A DNA stretch of 64,000 nt from Phoronis australis (lineage: Eukaryota > Animalia > Phoronida): positions 56,706-120,705 of the forward strand of contig NMRA01000393.1 in assembly GCA_002633005.1 (NCBI GenBank), in the 5' to 3' direction. Below the pieces are notes generated by a model. It searched no databases and was not told the DNA's origin. It was given only the letters and a program-made list of their open reading frames with translations. Position 1 is the stretch's first letter. Each line of letters opens with the position of its first letter. The position numbers and the translations under genes are program-made. This document shows positions 23,211 to 35,943 of the stretch, piece by piece.

Positions 23211-23439
23211 CCATTCTTGTTGTTTTATTTACCGATTTATATAAGACCATCAACAAATGCATGTACAAGTATGCTTTTTCATTCTTTTAAATTCAGCATA
23301 CGTAACTTCACTAGAGCCCCTGATGCTCAAAAACAGACGTTTAGGTGTGTCTTCTTGCAGAAAACCCGACGTGGGCACGGCTGGGTGTTCACAGTATTCT
23401 GATCCACTGGGTTTAGGTTTATCAACAAATTTTGGTTAA

Positions 23440-24110
23440 TTAAAAAACCTTTTCATGTTGGTAATAAATCGGTGTCGTTGGTACACGACCTCGCCTATTC
23501 TATACGAGCAACAGACTCCGGCGATGGAAGAAGTCCAACGCCAGAAATCCGCACTAAGGCGCAGACAAAGGAACACGGGCACAATGCCAAAGCGATAACT
23601 AAAGCTATTCTTTATGTTGCCGTTTACTGCATTGATATGAAATCCCGAAAGTTTTGCAGATTTTAACGTCAATCCAGGAAAACTTCTTGCCGTTTTGAAA
23701 CTGTTGAGCATACCTATGGTGAAACATTTGCAGCACCAGAAGATGATGAATGCCATGTATACTTCGCCTTAAATACAAAATTGAAATAATCGAATTCGTT
23801 GGATGGAGCACGTTATACAAACCGACAATATATCAAGGAAATAAAATCTGCTCTAAAATTTTATTCCGTTATTTCTGACGAGGTTACGGCCAACAATGAA
23901 GTATTCATGCCCTGCCCATACAATTAGTAGGTGCCGACTACAACATTCCAGAGGAGTTGCTTGAAATTTGCTTTTGTCTCGCGCGGATGACGGGCAAACA
24001 CGTAGCTGAATACATTATGGGCATTTTGAATAGGCATGGTATCGGCATTGCCAACTGCAGAGGGAAAGAATATGATGGCGTAGCAAATATGAGCGGTGAC
24101 TACGTTGGTG
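23440..24110 (+). pseudogene. hAT transposase remnant, ZMYM1/THAP12 (DUF4371)-like, catalytic N-half
   Basis: NPGKLLAVLK, NAMYTSP*IQN, FYSVISDEVT and CRGKEYDGVANMSG motifs with frameshifts. Confidence 0.85.
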
Positions 24111-24629
24111 TACCGGTGCAAGTAGTTCCTATTTCTTTGACTGAATTAAGGGCTCAGTTTTTGGTTCTTTTATTAGGAAATGTCATTAGACAATAACAAT
24201 CGCAATAACGATAAAATGGTAGAAGACACACTACGTCTGTGAGTAAAGAATGAAACAAAAACGCAAAAGATTTAGGTAACTTAGTTGAGTCTCTATTTGG
24301 GACTTTTTCATGCAACGGATCACAGGAAGATAAACAATTTTGAAGCTTGTGTATATCGCCATTTCGGTGCGCGAAGAAGTTAGAACTGGTAACGCGTACA
24401 TTTTGTTAAGTGTACTTGGTGCGTTTGAAATTCTTGACAACAATGACCGAAAACTTATTGCGTCGCTCGCTGTTTATTTCCTTAGGGGTGCTCCCGAAAA
24501 AGGTACAGAGTCGACGCCAATTTTTGCGAAATGTCATCAAAACTTAGGCCCACTATTTTAGAAATTTGAACCACCCTTTGCACAATCCTGGCTATGGGTC
24601 TGTGCGTTCATCAAAATGCCTCTTGTACG

Positions 24630-24887
24630 CATGCGCGCACCGATCCTTTACTTTGGGAGGGCTCGAATTTCTGGCCAAGTGGATCTGTTGCCAACAAAAA
24701 AGCTGGAGGACTAAAAAAAACGGGGTACCACCCTCAGTATTGGGAAGTGTTTGTCTGCGCCTTTTTAGTGGACTTTTGTCTCGTTTCTTCGGACTTTTTG
24801 TTTCTCTGAGGCGAGCCTTTTTGCCCACTTCGCCAAATGGGGGGGGGGTTCCTTCGAGCCCCCCGAGCCCCCGTGGGTGCGCGCATG
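24630..24887. mobile_element. MITE with CATGCGCGCAC termini and 5-bp TSD (copy 1)
   Basis: TIR catgcgcgcacc / ggtgcgcgcatg; TSD gtacg on both sides. Confidence 0.85.
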
Positions 24888-25143
24888 GTACGAGGTTGTG
24901 TTCAGCTTAGCCTGTGTCCGTCATCAACTTGCCCGGTTTCAATGTGGTGAGATGACGATAAGGGCGTTCACGGGCAGTTGGTTGGATGGGCGTTTGGTTT
25001 CAGTGATGACTAGCTGTATGTACTTGTATGTTTCTAAAGATCAGAAAAGTCGTGGTTTGTATCTCTAAAACAGATCGTTTTCTTTAATTGCCATTATATT
25101 TTTCAGAAACTGAGTAACTGACCTCCGTCTCCAGGCTAATTAA

Positions 25144-25173
25144 ATGATGAACACCTCGTGGTGCCCTGAACAG
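25144..25173 (+). CDS. BCOR: Candidate first coding exon of the BCOR-like gene (MMNTSWCPEQ; exon 25107..25173)
   Basis: Acceptor tatttttcAG, donor CAG|GTATGA at phase 0, in frame with the acceptor at 25868; translation could instead start at ATG 25952. Confidence 0.45.
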
Positions 25174-25349
25174 GTATGATACCTATCCCATTTTTGCACG
25201 GAGATGCAAACGATTCCATGGACATGCCTTTGAATTCCTGCTGCGATCCCCTAAACCCACATCACTGATCAGATCCGCTTAAGCCACAAATTTCATATTT
25301 ACACTCCTAAACTGCATGCACACTCCCCTAGAAAAAATAATACCCGGGG

Positions 25350-25505
25350 ACCAAGCAACATACACGGTGACCAAAACTCCATTCGCCGTAACCATACTCC
25401 GTAGCCGGTCACCAAATTCCATACAGGGTATACAAACTCCATACCCGAGGATCAAACTCCATACACGGTGACCAAATTCCTTATACCCGGTGACCAAACT
25501 CCAGA
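25350..25505. repeat. Degenerate 21-bp tandem repeat
   Basis: Recurrent ccatacacggtgaccaaaYt. Confidence 0.7.
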
Positions 25506-25867
25506 AGCGGATCAGAAGTCCAGGTTAAGAATCTGTTACCCGCTTATGGAGTTTGATATGACGCGTGTGTGGTGTTCAGGAGCCTGATTGTAGGATTGGT
25601 ACGAAGGGTTTGATTTTTGCTGGTCCGGGATTAGAGGCGTGGTCAGGGGACCATTCCCGTCCCCTCTAATCGCAGCTCTAAACATACAATAAAGATCCTA
25701 TTTATTCTGAAGTCTTGTCAACTTGTGACATCGCACGGAACTACATTAATATTCACGCAATGAACGGGAGAACCAGAGGGTGTGAACTTTATGATTACAC
25801 TTTGACTTGACTGCGCTTTGTGATTTTTAATTATTAGCACTTATCTGTTTTTGTGTGAACTTTACAG

Positions 25868-28813
25868 ATACCGTCACGACAGAACGCACATGGAAGGGTA
25901 CCCTCAAAACACTTGAGGGCCAGAGACGCAGCCACATGTGTTTATTCAGATATGGAGGCACCGCTGGATCTATCCAGTAGAAAAAGGCGGCACGAAGAGG
26001 AACCAATTGATTTAAGGGTGAAAAAACCAGCAAGGGATGACGATGAAGTCATCTTTGTTCAAGAAATTCAAGGATACCGCAACACTGACAATAGGTCTCA
26101 ACAGGTTGAAATGAGGAAATTCCAGCAAGTCCTTGACAGAGCCCACAATTCTTCATTTGATAACAATATTTTATATGCCAAGGATGGTAAAAAATCGTAT
26201 ATGCGGCAAACTCTTCCAACAAGCTCACGTCATTGGTCCCCCTTCAATCTCCAACACAAATCCAACAACGGTGTACGTAATATATGCGCCGTCCGACCGC
26301 AGTTGTGTTCTAAATTAGATCCACCGACCATATATCATACAGACTGGTCGTCCGGTCAAAGAACAAACCGTTTTATTGCACAGAAACACATTCCTTCTAA
26401 TTTTGAGGGCAAGGTTTCTCACACCTCTCGGTATGTTAATCAATTTCAGTCAAGCGGACGTGATATCTGGGCACACAATTCACAGTCACCCAGAAGTGCG
26501 CCAGTCAAACAACACGCTACTGGAAGCGTTACGGATCGCGTAGCTGTGCTTCAAGGTTCTTGCAATACTTTTCGCTCCGGGGGTGTAGCTGATTGTAACA
26601 ACCACGAGGCAGGACATAGTTCTTACAACCATCCCGGCAATTTTTCCCAATATTGCCCAAAGACAATGGAATCAACGAAGCAAGTACTTGAATCAAAGGC
26701 GCTCACGTTGTCTGCAAAGCCATGCAAATTTTTGGAACGCGATATGATGCGTTCTCACAAGCTATTTAATGAGTCATTTTGTCCACCCGTTCAGCAAAAG
26801 CCGTATTATCCTGTAGCGGACATGATGTTGGACAGATCCAATTTAACAACTACAAGAGATACATCATCTGCAAGATCATTAGCAAACACAGAACATACGT
26901 CGCCTTGTACAGGAACATTGGCAACTGCTGGTCATGCGCCGCCAAGCCTCGTACCAAGATTCACAACCTCTGGTCATGCGTCGTCTTGTCGGCTACGGAC
27001 ACTGATATCCGCTGATCATCCGCCAGTATGCACAGCCGCTTGTCATACGTCGACTTGCGCACGGACACTGGCATCCTCTGATCGTCCGCCGCCGAGTTAC
27101 GTACCAACATTGTCAACCGCTTGCCATACGTCATCTTGCGTACGGACACTGGCTACCCCCGGTCATCCTCTACCGAATCACGTACCAAAGTTCACAACCT
27201 CTTGTCAAAGGTCGACTTCTATTCGAACACTGACAACCGCCGATCATCCGCCGTCGAGTCACGTACCAGCGTTCACAACCTCTTGTCAAACGTCGAGGTC
27301 TATACAAACACCGAACATGGGTGGTCATGTACCAACTTTTTCTCCAACATTGTTATCTGCAACTCAGGCGCTGAATTGTGCTCCGCCAGTAACGTCAGCT
27401 GATCGTATAGCGATATGCCTTTCTCCAACAATAACAACGACGGCTTGCCACTCGTCAGTTTCTGGTTCTGTAACATATGCAAGCTCATGTCTTACATCAT
27501 CTGGTTCAGTGCCAATTGTCAATGTTAACCCTGTTCTCGTAGGAAGCAGTGATGAACCCAACCTAGAGAATTCAAAGCAACCAGAGCTTACTGTTCGATG
27601 GAAAGATCGACCAGAAACTTTACTCCATAATGGGCAAAGCAATGATTTCCATGTAGATTCTTATTTATTTAACAAAAGTGGATGCAAAGTTCGATCTAAG
27701 GGTACTTTTGATGTCCCTGTAACCCCATTGAGTTTCCAGTCAGCGTTATGTGATAAAACCGTTGAAAAAGGTGCTGCAGGTGAAACACCCTACCTTTTTA
27801 GACGGTCTCTTGGCAGTGATAACAAGGAAACGATATCAAACCTCACGCGCGACTTTTCTTTGCAATTCTTGAAGACTTATGGAAATAAAGACTCGGATCT
27901 TGTGCGGAAACTTGAAGCTCAAGTTCAAAGTGCTAACCAGTCTGATCATGTGCCGGTTGTTCCTACTCAGACTAATGAAACACACGCGGAACTGGCTGAT
28001 TCGGTACCGGTTGTACCCGTTAAGACTAATGCAACACCGGTTGAAGCTTCTAAGAGTGATAGTGAACCTGCCATACGTCTTAAGACCGATGTGGTACCAG
28101 TTATAAACTTTAAGACAGAAGCATTGGATGTTTCTGTCAAGCCTGATGGAACACCTGTTGAACCTCCTGTTGCTGAACCTGTTGTTACCCTTAAAATTGA
28201 TGAAGTAACCATTGACCGTGCAGCTGCTTTGCCTTGTCCAAGTGTTGGTGTAACAACTGAACTGCTGAAGCCTGATGGTGTAGCTGTTGTGTCTCTTAAG
28301 ACAGAAAGTGTACCCATTTTACTTCCAAAGTCTAATGGTATACCCGCTGCGCATCTAAAGACTCGTGGTTCTCGCAGTGATTCTGATAAAGCCGCTGTTT
28401 GTTCCAGAAAACAGGCTGTCAGTTCTATTTTCTCCAAAACACGTGTCACCGAAACTGTGGAATCCTTCAAAGAATCAAGAAATTTGTTAAAAAGTGACAA
28501 ACTGGAAGGGACCTCAGACAAGCTCCTTGATGTTTCTTGTACGAAAAGCATTGATTTAAATATGAAAGAGTCTTTAAGTTCGTCCCAAAGCTTTGTGAAT
28601 GGCATCAAAGGCAATGTGTCGTTGTCTGTAGGGGCGAAACGTAAACATCGAAACTGTGTTAAACGCAAACAGTCCCTTCCACCAAATAACTTTGAAAGCG
28701 GTCATTTCCAATCTAAGGAAGTTAACTGGAAAAAGAAACTTGCTCGCATGACTGAAACTACTCCTCTTCGCAAACAAAGGAAGGGGAAATCTCGTCGATT
28801 GCCTTGCTACCAG
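25868..28813 (+). CDS. BCOR: BCOR/BCORL1-like large exon (disordered N-terminal region, PLDLS motif)
   Basis: 978-aa ORF, APLDLSS CtBP-type motif, acceptor ttttacAG, donor CAG|GTTTGT at phase 0, splices in frame to the ankyrin exons. Confidence 0.85.
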
Positions 28814-28989
28814 GTTTGTTTTATCTTATTTTATTTTGCTATTAACTAGTCGCCATTTGTATATTCCTATCTTTTCTAGACCCTCTTCCCCCATTTCATG
28901 TGTGCATGCTGTGAAAATGGGCCATTATATTCCGTCTAGTGTTCTACGATGTTTTTGATAAAGCATGTGTGTTCTGTATGTAGTAGTGT

Positions 28990-29262
28990 TATTGGTGTCG
29001 ATGGAAGGTGAACAATTAATTATTATTGGTGTCAAGGGAAAGTGAACAATTAATTACTATTGGTGTCGATGGAAAGTGAAAAATTAATTATTATTGGTGT
29101 CGATGGAAAGTGAACAATTAATTATTATTGGTGTCGATGGAAAGTGAACGATTAATTATTATTGGTGTTGATGGAAAGTGAACGATTAATTATTATTGGT
29201 GTCGATGGAAAGTGAACAATTAATTATTATTGGTGTCGATGGAAAGTGAACAATTAATTATT
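28990..29262. repeat. 34-bp minisatellite x8
   Basis: Unit tattggtgtcgatggaaagtgaacaattaattat. Confidence 0.95.
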
Positions 29263-30294
29263 TTAATCTGAATATTGCGAATAGCCTTTAGTTTCTAGCT
29301 ACTTACAAAACTGCGTAACTTGCTTCCTCGATATACAATGGTATTGAAACTTTCCGTGTTTTCTCTAGACCCGTTTGTCGTAACCCATACGAACATTGAC
29401 TAATGTATAAAACATTTGAATATTATTTTTTATTTCAAATAACAGGTTATCTGATTTGAAAAATGTTGGTTCTGCGTTAAGTTCTTATTTTGGCTACAAA
29501 TAATATAGGTGTTAGTGACGACGTGTCTGGCACTATTATGGCGTGATTTGAATCCAGAAATCTTTGAAACAGAAATGCACAATCACGCTACAGAGTCAGT
29601 ATGTTTGCGACTGTTCCATATTTTTTTCACATTCAGTTACCTTCGGAGACATTTCGCTACTTGACACGTTTACAAATTGTTTGCTTCGATTAGTTGGTGT
29701 GCCTTGAGAAATGGTTACACTAATTATGTGCATCCCGGTAAGTTGAGAACGAGTAAGATTGACCAGATTCATAGACCGGTAAAAACTTTGTGCTAAGCGA
29801 GTGTCGAATTAAACAAGACATTCTGTATGAGAAGGGTGACGCTGTTCATTTTAGCACTTTTTGGCTTATCTAGAAAGTAAACTTAACTAAGGGCACCGCT
29901 GGTACCAATACCGTGTACTCATAGCTACAAATTGTTGGTTCTCGTTCCATTTCCACATCTCTGGCACATTGCTTATATTTGGAAAGGTAAAGATATGTCA
30001 TATTCTGAATGTATGTACTGGGACTTGCTATTAAAAAGTCATGTTATCTGTGTGATTGACTAAAAGTTGCCTTTAACAGTCCTGTTAAACCGCCATTCAC
30101 CATGTTTTGACTACATTGTGGGCATCACTGAACCTTCGTCTAATGCACTGCTTATCACTTTCGTGAATCCAAAATCCCAAAAACGGGAAAATAGAAGAAA
30201 AGCGACTTCAGTTGAAAGTTCCTTAGCGCCGCGGACATGAGTGACGTAAGAATGCAATGCTTCGCCATTCCATTTCACTCTAAACACAATGGAG

Positions 30295-30730
30295 GATGTC
30301 TAAGTGGTGTGATTGGTTCCCCCGACTGTACGTAATATGTATCGACCAATAAATGCTCGTTACTCGAGATCAACTAATGAACATATCGTTACATAGTTTT
30401 TGCGGGTGTTCTAATTTGACAGCTGATCGGCTGGTGAGGTTGGTTTTTTTGGTATTTTTGATATGATATTCATTATCACCCCAAGCGCAACGCCTCATCA
30501 TTCGTTTATTATACCATTAACCACGGGAAAACGAGCACCAGTAATTGACGACTTTTCACATTAAAGCACAGTGAAGGATGACTAATGTTGTGATTGGTTG
30601 TCCCAATTCGTGTCTTCCAATAAGTACTCGTAACTCGAGGTCAGCTACTTGACATATCGTCAGACAATGTTTGCAGGTGTTCTAATTTGGCAGCTATCTA
30701 CTGCTGGGGTTCTTATGTGGTGTTTTTGGT
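30295..30730. repeat. Diverged direct duplication, about 270-bp spacing
   Basis: gattggtt...ccaataa...ctcgt.actcgag.tca.cta...acatatcgt...gtgttctaatttg.cagct appears at about 30311 and 30593. Confidence 0.65.
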
Positions 30731-31998
30731 ATAAAATTGGTGGTTGTAAGCACTTTGAAGGGACAAGTCCCGTTTGATCACTACTCATAATCAAAATTAT
30801 TTAACAGTTTACTCAAAAATACAAGCCTTGTCTCGATCCATGATACAAATTGATTTCAATCCCTGAAATCGTGTAAAAACAGTATGATGGGTTAGGCCAA
30901 CCTGTTCAAAATTGGACCGTTCTAAGTCAGTGGCAGGCGACCTTTGACGGTAGAAACGAATTACTGCCATTGCAAGGAATACTGCGAAATATTAGTGAAA
31001 GCTAATTTCGCAATTTCAATGTTAAGGCCGCAAAAGAGTTTGAAATGCGCCTTTTTACATTTCAAACTCAAGTCACTTTTCTGAATCAATGAAATACTAT
31101 AAGTCACCCATTTTGTGACTTTATTTTTTTACTTTTGCTTTCCTGAAAGTTATAGTTTGTCACCGTAGAACGAAGTGTCAGTTTGTCTGGCATTTCCAGT
31201 TGAAAGCGTGCTTTTTTATTCGGTTAATGTCTCGATTTCTTTGAAGTTAGGAGCGAAAAATAGATGGTGCATTTATTTGTTTGAGGATTTTATATGGTGG
31301 CACAACCAATCACACGTCTTGTCGCTGATTACCACAATCACTCGTACGAATGGTCGCTGACTACGATGATCAGTGGCAATGCTCGCACGACCAGTAATGA
31401 CCGTCTCCACTAGTCTCACTACTGACTGCAGAGACTGACTTAGAGAGGTTGTACAAGTAGCACCATCTATTGTAAAGAGGACAATTGGTGGGTCGCCCAA
31501 TCCTGCCGCTGCAAAAACGTGATCATACGCGACTTGGTGGTGCAAACAGCTTATACCATGTAACACCAGTCTACGATTACAATTTAGAATCGTATGTGAA
31601 AAGGAGACTATCGATCTGGCTACAACCAATTTTTGTCAGGTAATAGAGGTCGTGGGCTCTTTCTACGGCTTCCCCACGATTTTCGGTGGCAGACAAGTCA
31701 CACCCTGGTCCAAGGCCGGTGTGCGGCAGTGTGCCTGAGAACAAGACCGAAAACCAACTTTGTGCTCTCGAAACGATGCTTTCTGAATTTTCGTATTCGA
31801 TCAGAAGTTAGCCAGAATTTGAATCTTTTTAAAGGGTTATTTTTACCTGTTTATCACCAGCAACAGTAGCAGCAGTAATAGGAGCAACGTCGTCGTTGGC
31901 AGCGGCGGAAGTTTAAACTTTGCGCTATGATTTTGATTTGGCAGTCTTGTAAATTTCAATTGAAATATTGATTTGTTCATTAAAATATCAATTCACAG

Positions 31999-32101
31999 TC
32001 AGAACCCGAAATAGCATTGAGTGAAGATGTGGACTTTAATAAGAAATTCATCGACTTCCACCCAGAGGTACTTCCTGTTCGAACTCGGATGCAGGCTTGC
32101 A
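31999..32101 (+). CDS. BCOR: BCOR-like internal exon SEPEIALSEDVDFNKKFIDFHPEVLPVRTRMQAC
   Basis: Acceptor ttcacAG, donor GTAAGT; phase 0 in and phase 1 out fit both neighbours. Confidence 0.75.
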
Positions 32102-32917
32102 GTAAGTACTTGTGAAGACGCATAACATTTTCACGCCCATATGAAATTTTGTTATGAGTATTATGAACTCGTCATGATTAAAAAGAATGAAAGTGATGAT
32201 ACCGAAAAAATCAGTTGTGAAATATGCAAAAAGGTATTCAGTAGCGGAAATTCATTCTGAAAAGGACTATCCACCATGTAATGACGTAAGAACTATCCAC
32301 CATGTAATTACGTAGTCTTTATTTGCCACTTCTCGTTCATAAGTCATTTTTGGCTTTGATATAAATGGAGAGAGAACACCACATTGAATTCTCAATATTA
32401 CTGAAAACAAGTATGGTTCTCTTGCAACGCCCCTAATTTAAGGAATAAGTCCCTAATTGTTATAATACAGTTAAGGGCTCAGTTTTCAGTTGTATTTTTA
32501 GAAAATGTCAGTGGTCAAAGAGGTGCTCATAATAAAGATAAAGTGATAGAAAAACATAACTGTTAACACCTAGCAAATAGCAGATTTTGGGAACTTATTC
32601 GAGCCCCTGTGCCATGCGACTGGGCACAGGATCTACTGAATACTAGCCCTCACACTGAGGTATCGAGATCATTTCGGTAACATGCGTTACGTTTCACTTT
32701 TGTCTACTTATTAGTAATTGGATGGTGGTTTGCTCATGAGCTCGCGACTTTAACCAGCGTGCACTAGCAAAATGGCTGCCTTTGATGTGATTGGTTGTCA
32801 ATGCCAAAATTTCGCCCCGTAAATATCTCGTGAGTGTCTAACGTTAGGGATCACGCCCCCGAGCTAATTTGAAATTGTCTTTGATCGCCACAATCGTTTA
32901 GTTTCTTGTCACCCTAG

Positions 32918-33174
32918 GTAATAAAAAGTGTGTACGCCCACGACTTGCCTATAACAAGTATGCAGCGTACGAAGTGGAACTGGAGAAAGAAGAAGCGCGC
33001 AAACAGTTGCGGAAACAACTCAAAAGAAGACAAGTTAGTTGTGAAGGCCTTCAACAAACAGTGGTCAAAAGTGTCCACCGGCGCCATGACGCCTTGAGAG
33101 GCAACCCGGATAAACAAAGCGTGGCGTCTAAATATACGTTCGTATCTCACTTCATGCGTTACGGAAGTAAAACG
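32918..33174 (+). CDS. BCOR: BCOR-like internal exon (charged, helical); donor at 33033 or 33174
   Basis: Acceptor tcttgtcaccctAG, phase 1; NKKCVRPRLAYNKYAAYEVELEKEEARKQLRKQLKRRQ; two phase-0 donors (GTTAGT, GTAAAT). Confidence 0.65.
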
Positions 33175-34209
33175 GTAAATCATTTTTGTGCCTTTTGAAC
33201 CCATTTGTGATATTTATTAAGCTTGGTGCTGACGATTTCTTGACCCAAAACACAGTGACATATCATCTTTCAGCCGAAATCGATTATCTAGATTAATCTT
33301 TACTTGGGGATCAACTACAGTCAAGCACCTGTAGTGTGGCCTTGGTATTGTCGGCTCAGGCCTTTGATTAAACTAAAATGTACTGTGGCTATTCGTCAGC
33401 GCCTTTTCCAGGTCTTCATTTTTCCCACCAAGGGTCACCCAATTCCTCTTCAGAAGTGTATGAGTTCTGAGTACTTGTTTCAGATGCGAAAATTTCAAAG
33501 TCGCTTTTCCTTCAAAGACGCGGAACTTTTGATTTTGACACGTAACCGCTATAAAATTATCTCTACTTGTTCCTTACTCGGATAAAAACTGGTTCTTGGG
33601 GTTGGGGAGAACTGACAATTCGCTAGTACTTGAAACTATAGCCAGCATAAAATGACCCGCCCTGAGAAGTTGAATTGTTTAGCATGGCCTCTAGCGATAA
33701 CGAGGCTAGAAAATACCTCTTATTTGAGTAAGTTGTGACAATTTTATAACTGTTCTAAATCAAAAGTTAGCCTTGTTTGTAAGTCGCTCTAATGCTTGTG
33801 TGAAAACTACAGTGATAAGTGTTTAATAAAAGACGATGTTGCTAACATCCAATCGCGTCGTGCCAGCATGTTGTTCGCACCTCAACAAGTTGGTCTTATG
33901 CTAAACTGCGGAGACAGTGTCGTCGCTTTTTTCATTTTCGAACATAAGCCCGTGTGGTCCAAGTAAAAATTAGAAGAGACATTTTATTGACAAACTTAAC
34001 CTGTCAGTGCATAGGAATGTAGTGATCGTCTGAAGGGTATGTACTTTCATGGCAAAAACAATTCCGAACATGATTTGGTGCGCTTTTCAGTTGTTCGATT
34101 ACTCATCCCATGAATAAAAATCCTATTGGGCAGAATTTATTTTCAATTTCTTAAAATTTTTGTAAATGTCTGTCCAACTCTGATAGTTTGATGATGATTT
34201 GTATTTTAG

Positions 34210-34344
34210 CGACATTTAATGAGTCAAAAAGCCAGGGCCGTGAGCAGACCTTCACGGCCTTTCAGTGACGTCAGACATAAAGCAAGGTCGTATGAATCGT
34301 TCGGAGAGTCAGTTCTGCACAAAGTTGTAAGGCAAGGGAACTGG
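34210..34344 (+). CDS. BCOR: BCOR-like exon, start of ankyrin repeat 1
   Basis: ...FGESVLHKVVRQGNW (compare BCOR AGETLLQRAARLGY); donor GTAAGC; 135 nt. Confidence 0.85.
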
Positions 34345-34875
34345 GTAAGCATATTAACTAGAGCAATCGCCCTTTAGGCTTGGCGTTCACGAAGTGTTGC
34401 CCGCTCAGTTCGCTGCCTCAAGTTTCAGTTAGCTGTTGACATGTTGCTCAGGTCAAGTTGTCTTTATTGATGGAACTAAGCACTAGTTTGGTATTAACTT
34501 GTTTTCACGCCAGGCCTGACGTTGGATTTCTTACACTTGGAAGTAGCTGGTGGAGTGCGTCGCATTGTGTTCGTGAAATAGTCAAGGGGACGTCACCACA
34601 AGTTAATAAGAGTACAAGTGGTCAAGCTTGTTGTGGTGTCCAAGACTGGGTTAACTGAGCCAAATGTGTTTGGGCGTATGGCCGGAAAAGGAAACAGACT
34701 ATTTAGTGCACATGCGTTGTATTTCGTCAAAGTTTTGTTCTGTGTTACTTCGTGTGTTTCCGTTTCAATTCAAAGACGTAATTCGAAAATTGACAACAGG
34801 TAATGAACCAACTCTAATTCATTTCCGGTCGTTGTTGGAAATGTGTTGTTGATGTCGAGCCGTCTTGTTTTGTAG

Positions 34876-35042
34876 GAAGTGTGTTTGGCATGTTTACAAT
34901 CTTTCGATGGTGACGTGGACGCACGCAATAACGCTGGCTTCACTGCGTTGCACGAATGTTGCACAAAAGGATTCTGTGACGTAGCCGAAGTACTATTAAA
35001 GTACGGGGCTGATGTCAACTGTACTTCTCTAGAAGGCGTTCG
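34876..35042 (+). CDS. BCOR: BCOR-like ankyrin exon
   Basis: EVCLACLQSFDGDVDARNNAGFTALHECCTKGFCDVAEVLLKYGADVNCTSLEGVR; ttttgtAG / GTGAGT; phase 2 out. Confidence 0.93.
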
Positions 35043-35787
35043 GTGAGTCAGACTGTTGCAAGATGTCTCATTATTTTTATAGACATCACAAAACGAAGAG
35101 CATAAATTATTTTTGTTCTGTGTGCTCCCCTATGCCTCTCTGTCTTCAAAGTTCCAGGATTTTTTATGAAATTTGGCAAATCGGTTACAATTAGGAGACT
35201 CCATGCCTTTCCACTTTCAGACTGATTCAAGGTATTCTGTTTCAGCTAAATTCCAATTTTATTGTATTTTGTTCGTCAAATCACACAAAGGATCATTATG
35301 AAAATTCGCAGATGTGTTTTTAGTTGAGACTGCTTTTTTTCGTCCCCAGCTGTGTCTCCGTAATCCTTTACAGGATGCTTATGAACTTTGGCTCGTGATT
35401 TCCTATGAATACAACTGCTGACAACGACATTTGGACGGATATGACTACCGCTCTGTCTCCAATGGCAGTTGTATTTTTACTTTTGCCTTTGCTTCTGTAG
35501 TGTTTCTTCAAGTTGAAGGTTTTCGTGAAATTTAGCAAATAAGTTGCCATAATGGGACGAATTTACTTCGTCTGTGTGTCCTAAGGACCATTGTTATTAT
35601 TGTCACCCTGAAGTCATCTCCACTGATTTGACTACAGAACAATTTGAGAACAATGTCTTATTGTGAAAGGCTCTAAACCAAAAAGTTGTGTTTGAGGATG
35701 TGTTGGCATTGTTGCCCCTTATAGTGTGTGGAGCTTATCTCTGTGGTAACATCGCTTGTAAATTAAAACGTTGCGTTAAGGTACGTC

Positions 35788-35943
35788 CAGTGTTGTAGTG
35801 GGGCCAAGGCGCACGTGGGCGCAGCCAACCACCTTTTGGGATTTGAACGTAGCGCCTACGCACCGTAAGTTACGTTAAGTGCTCAAGGTGATACGGTGGG
35901 ATTTGGGCGCCTAGTTACCTCTAACTTTACCACTACAGCATTG
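35788..35943. mobile_element. hAT-type MITE with 8-bp TSD
   Basis: TIR cagtgttgtagtgg / ccactacagcattg; TSD ggtacgtc at 35780-35787 and 35944-35951. Confidence 0.85.

Noticed and set aside
27967-28668. 233-aa antisense ORF
   Set aside because: Shadow of the BCOR large exon.
11705-29262. The 34-41-bp arrays (11705, 14336, 19519, 28990) as CRISPR arrays
   Set aside because: Units are contiguous with no unique spacers, there are no cas genes, and the context is eukaryotic introns and intergenic DNA.
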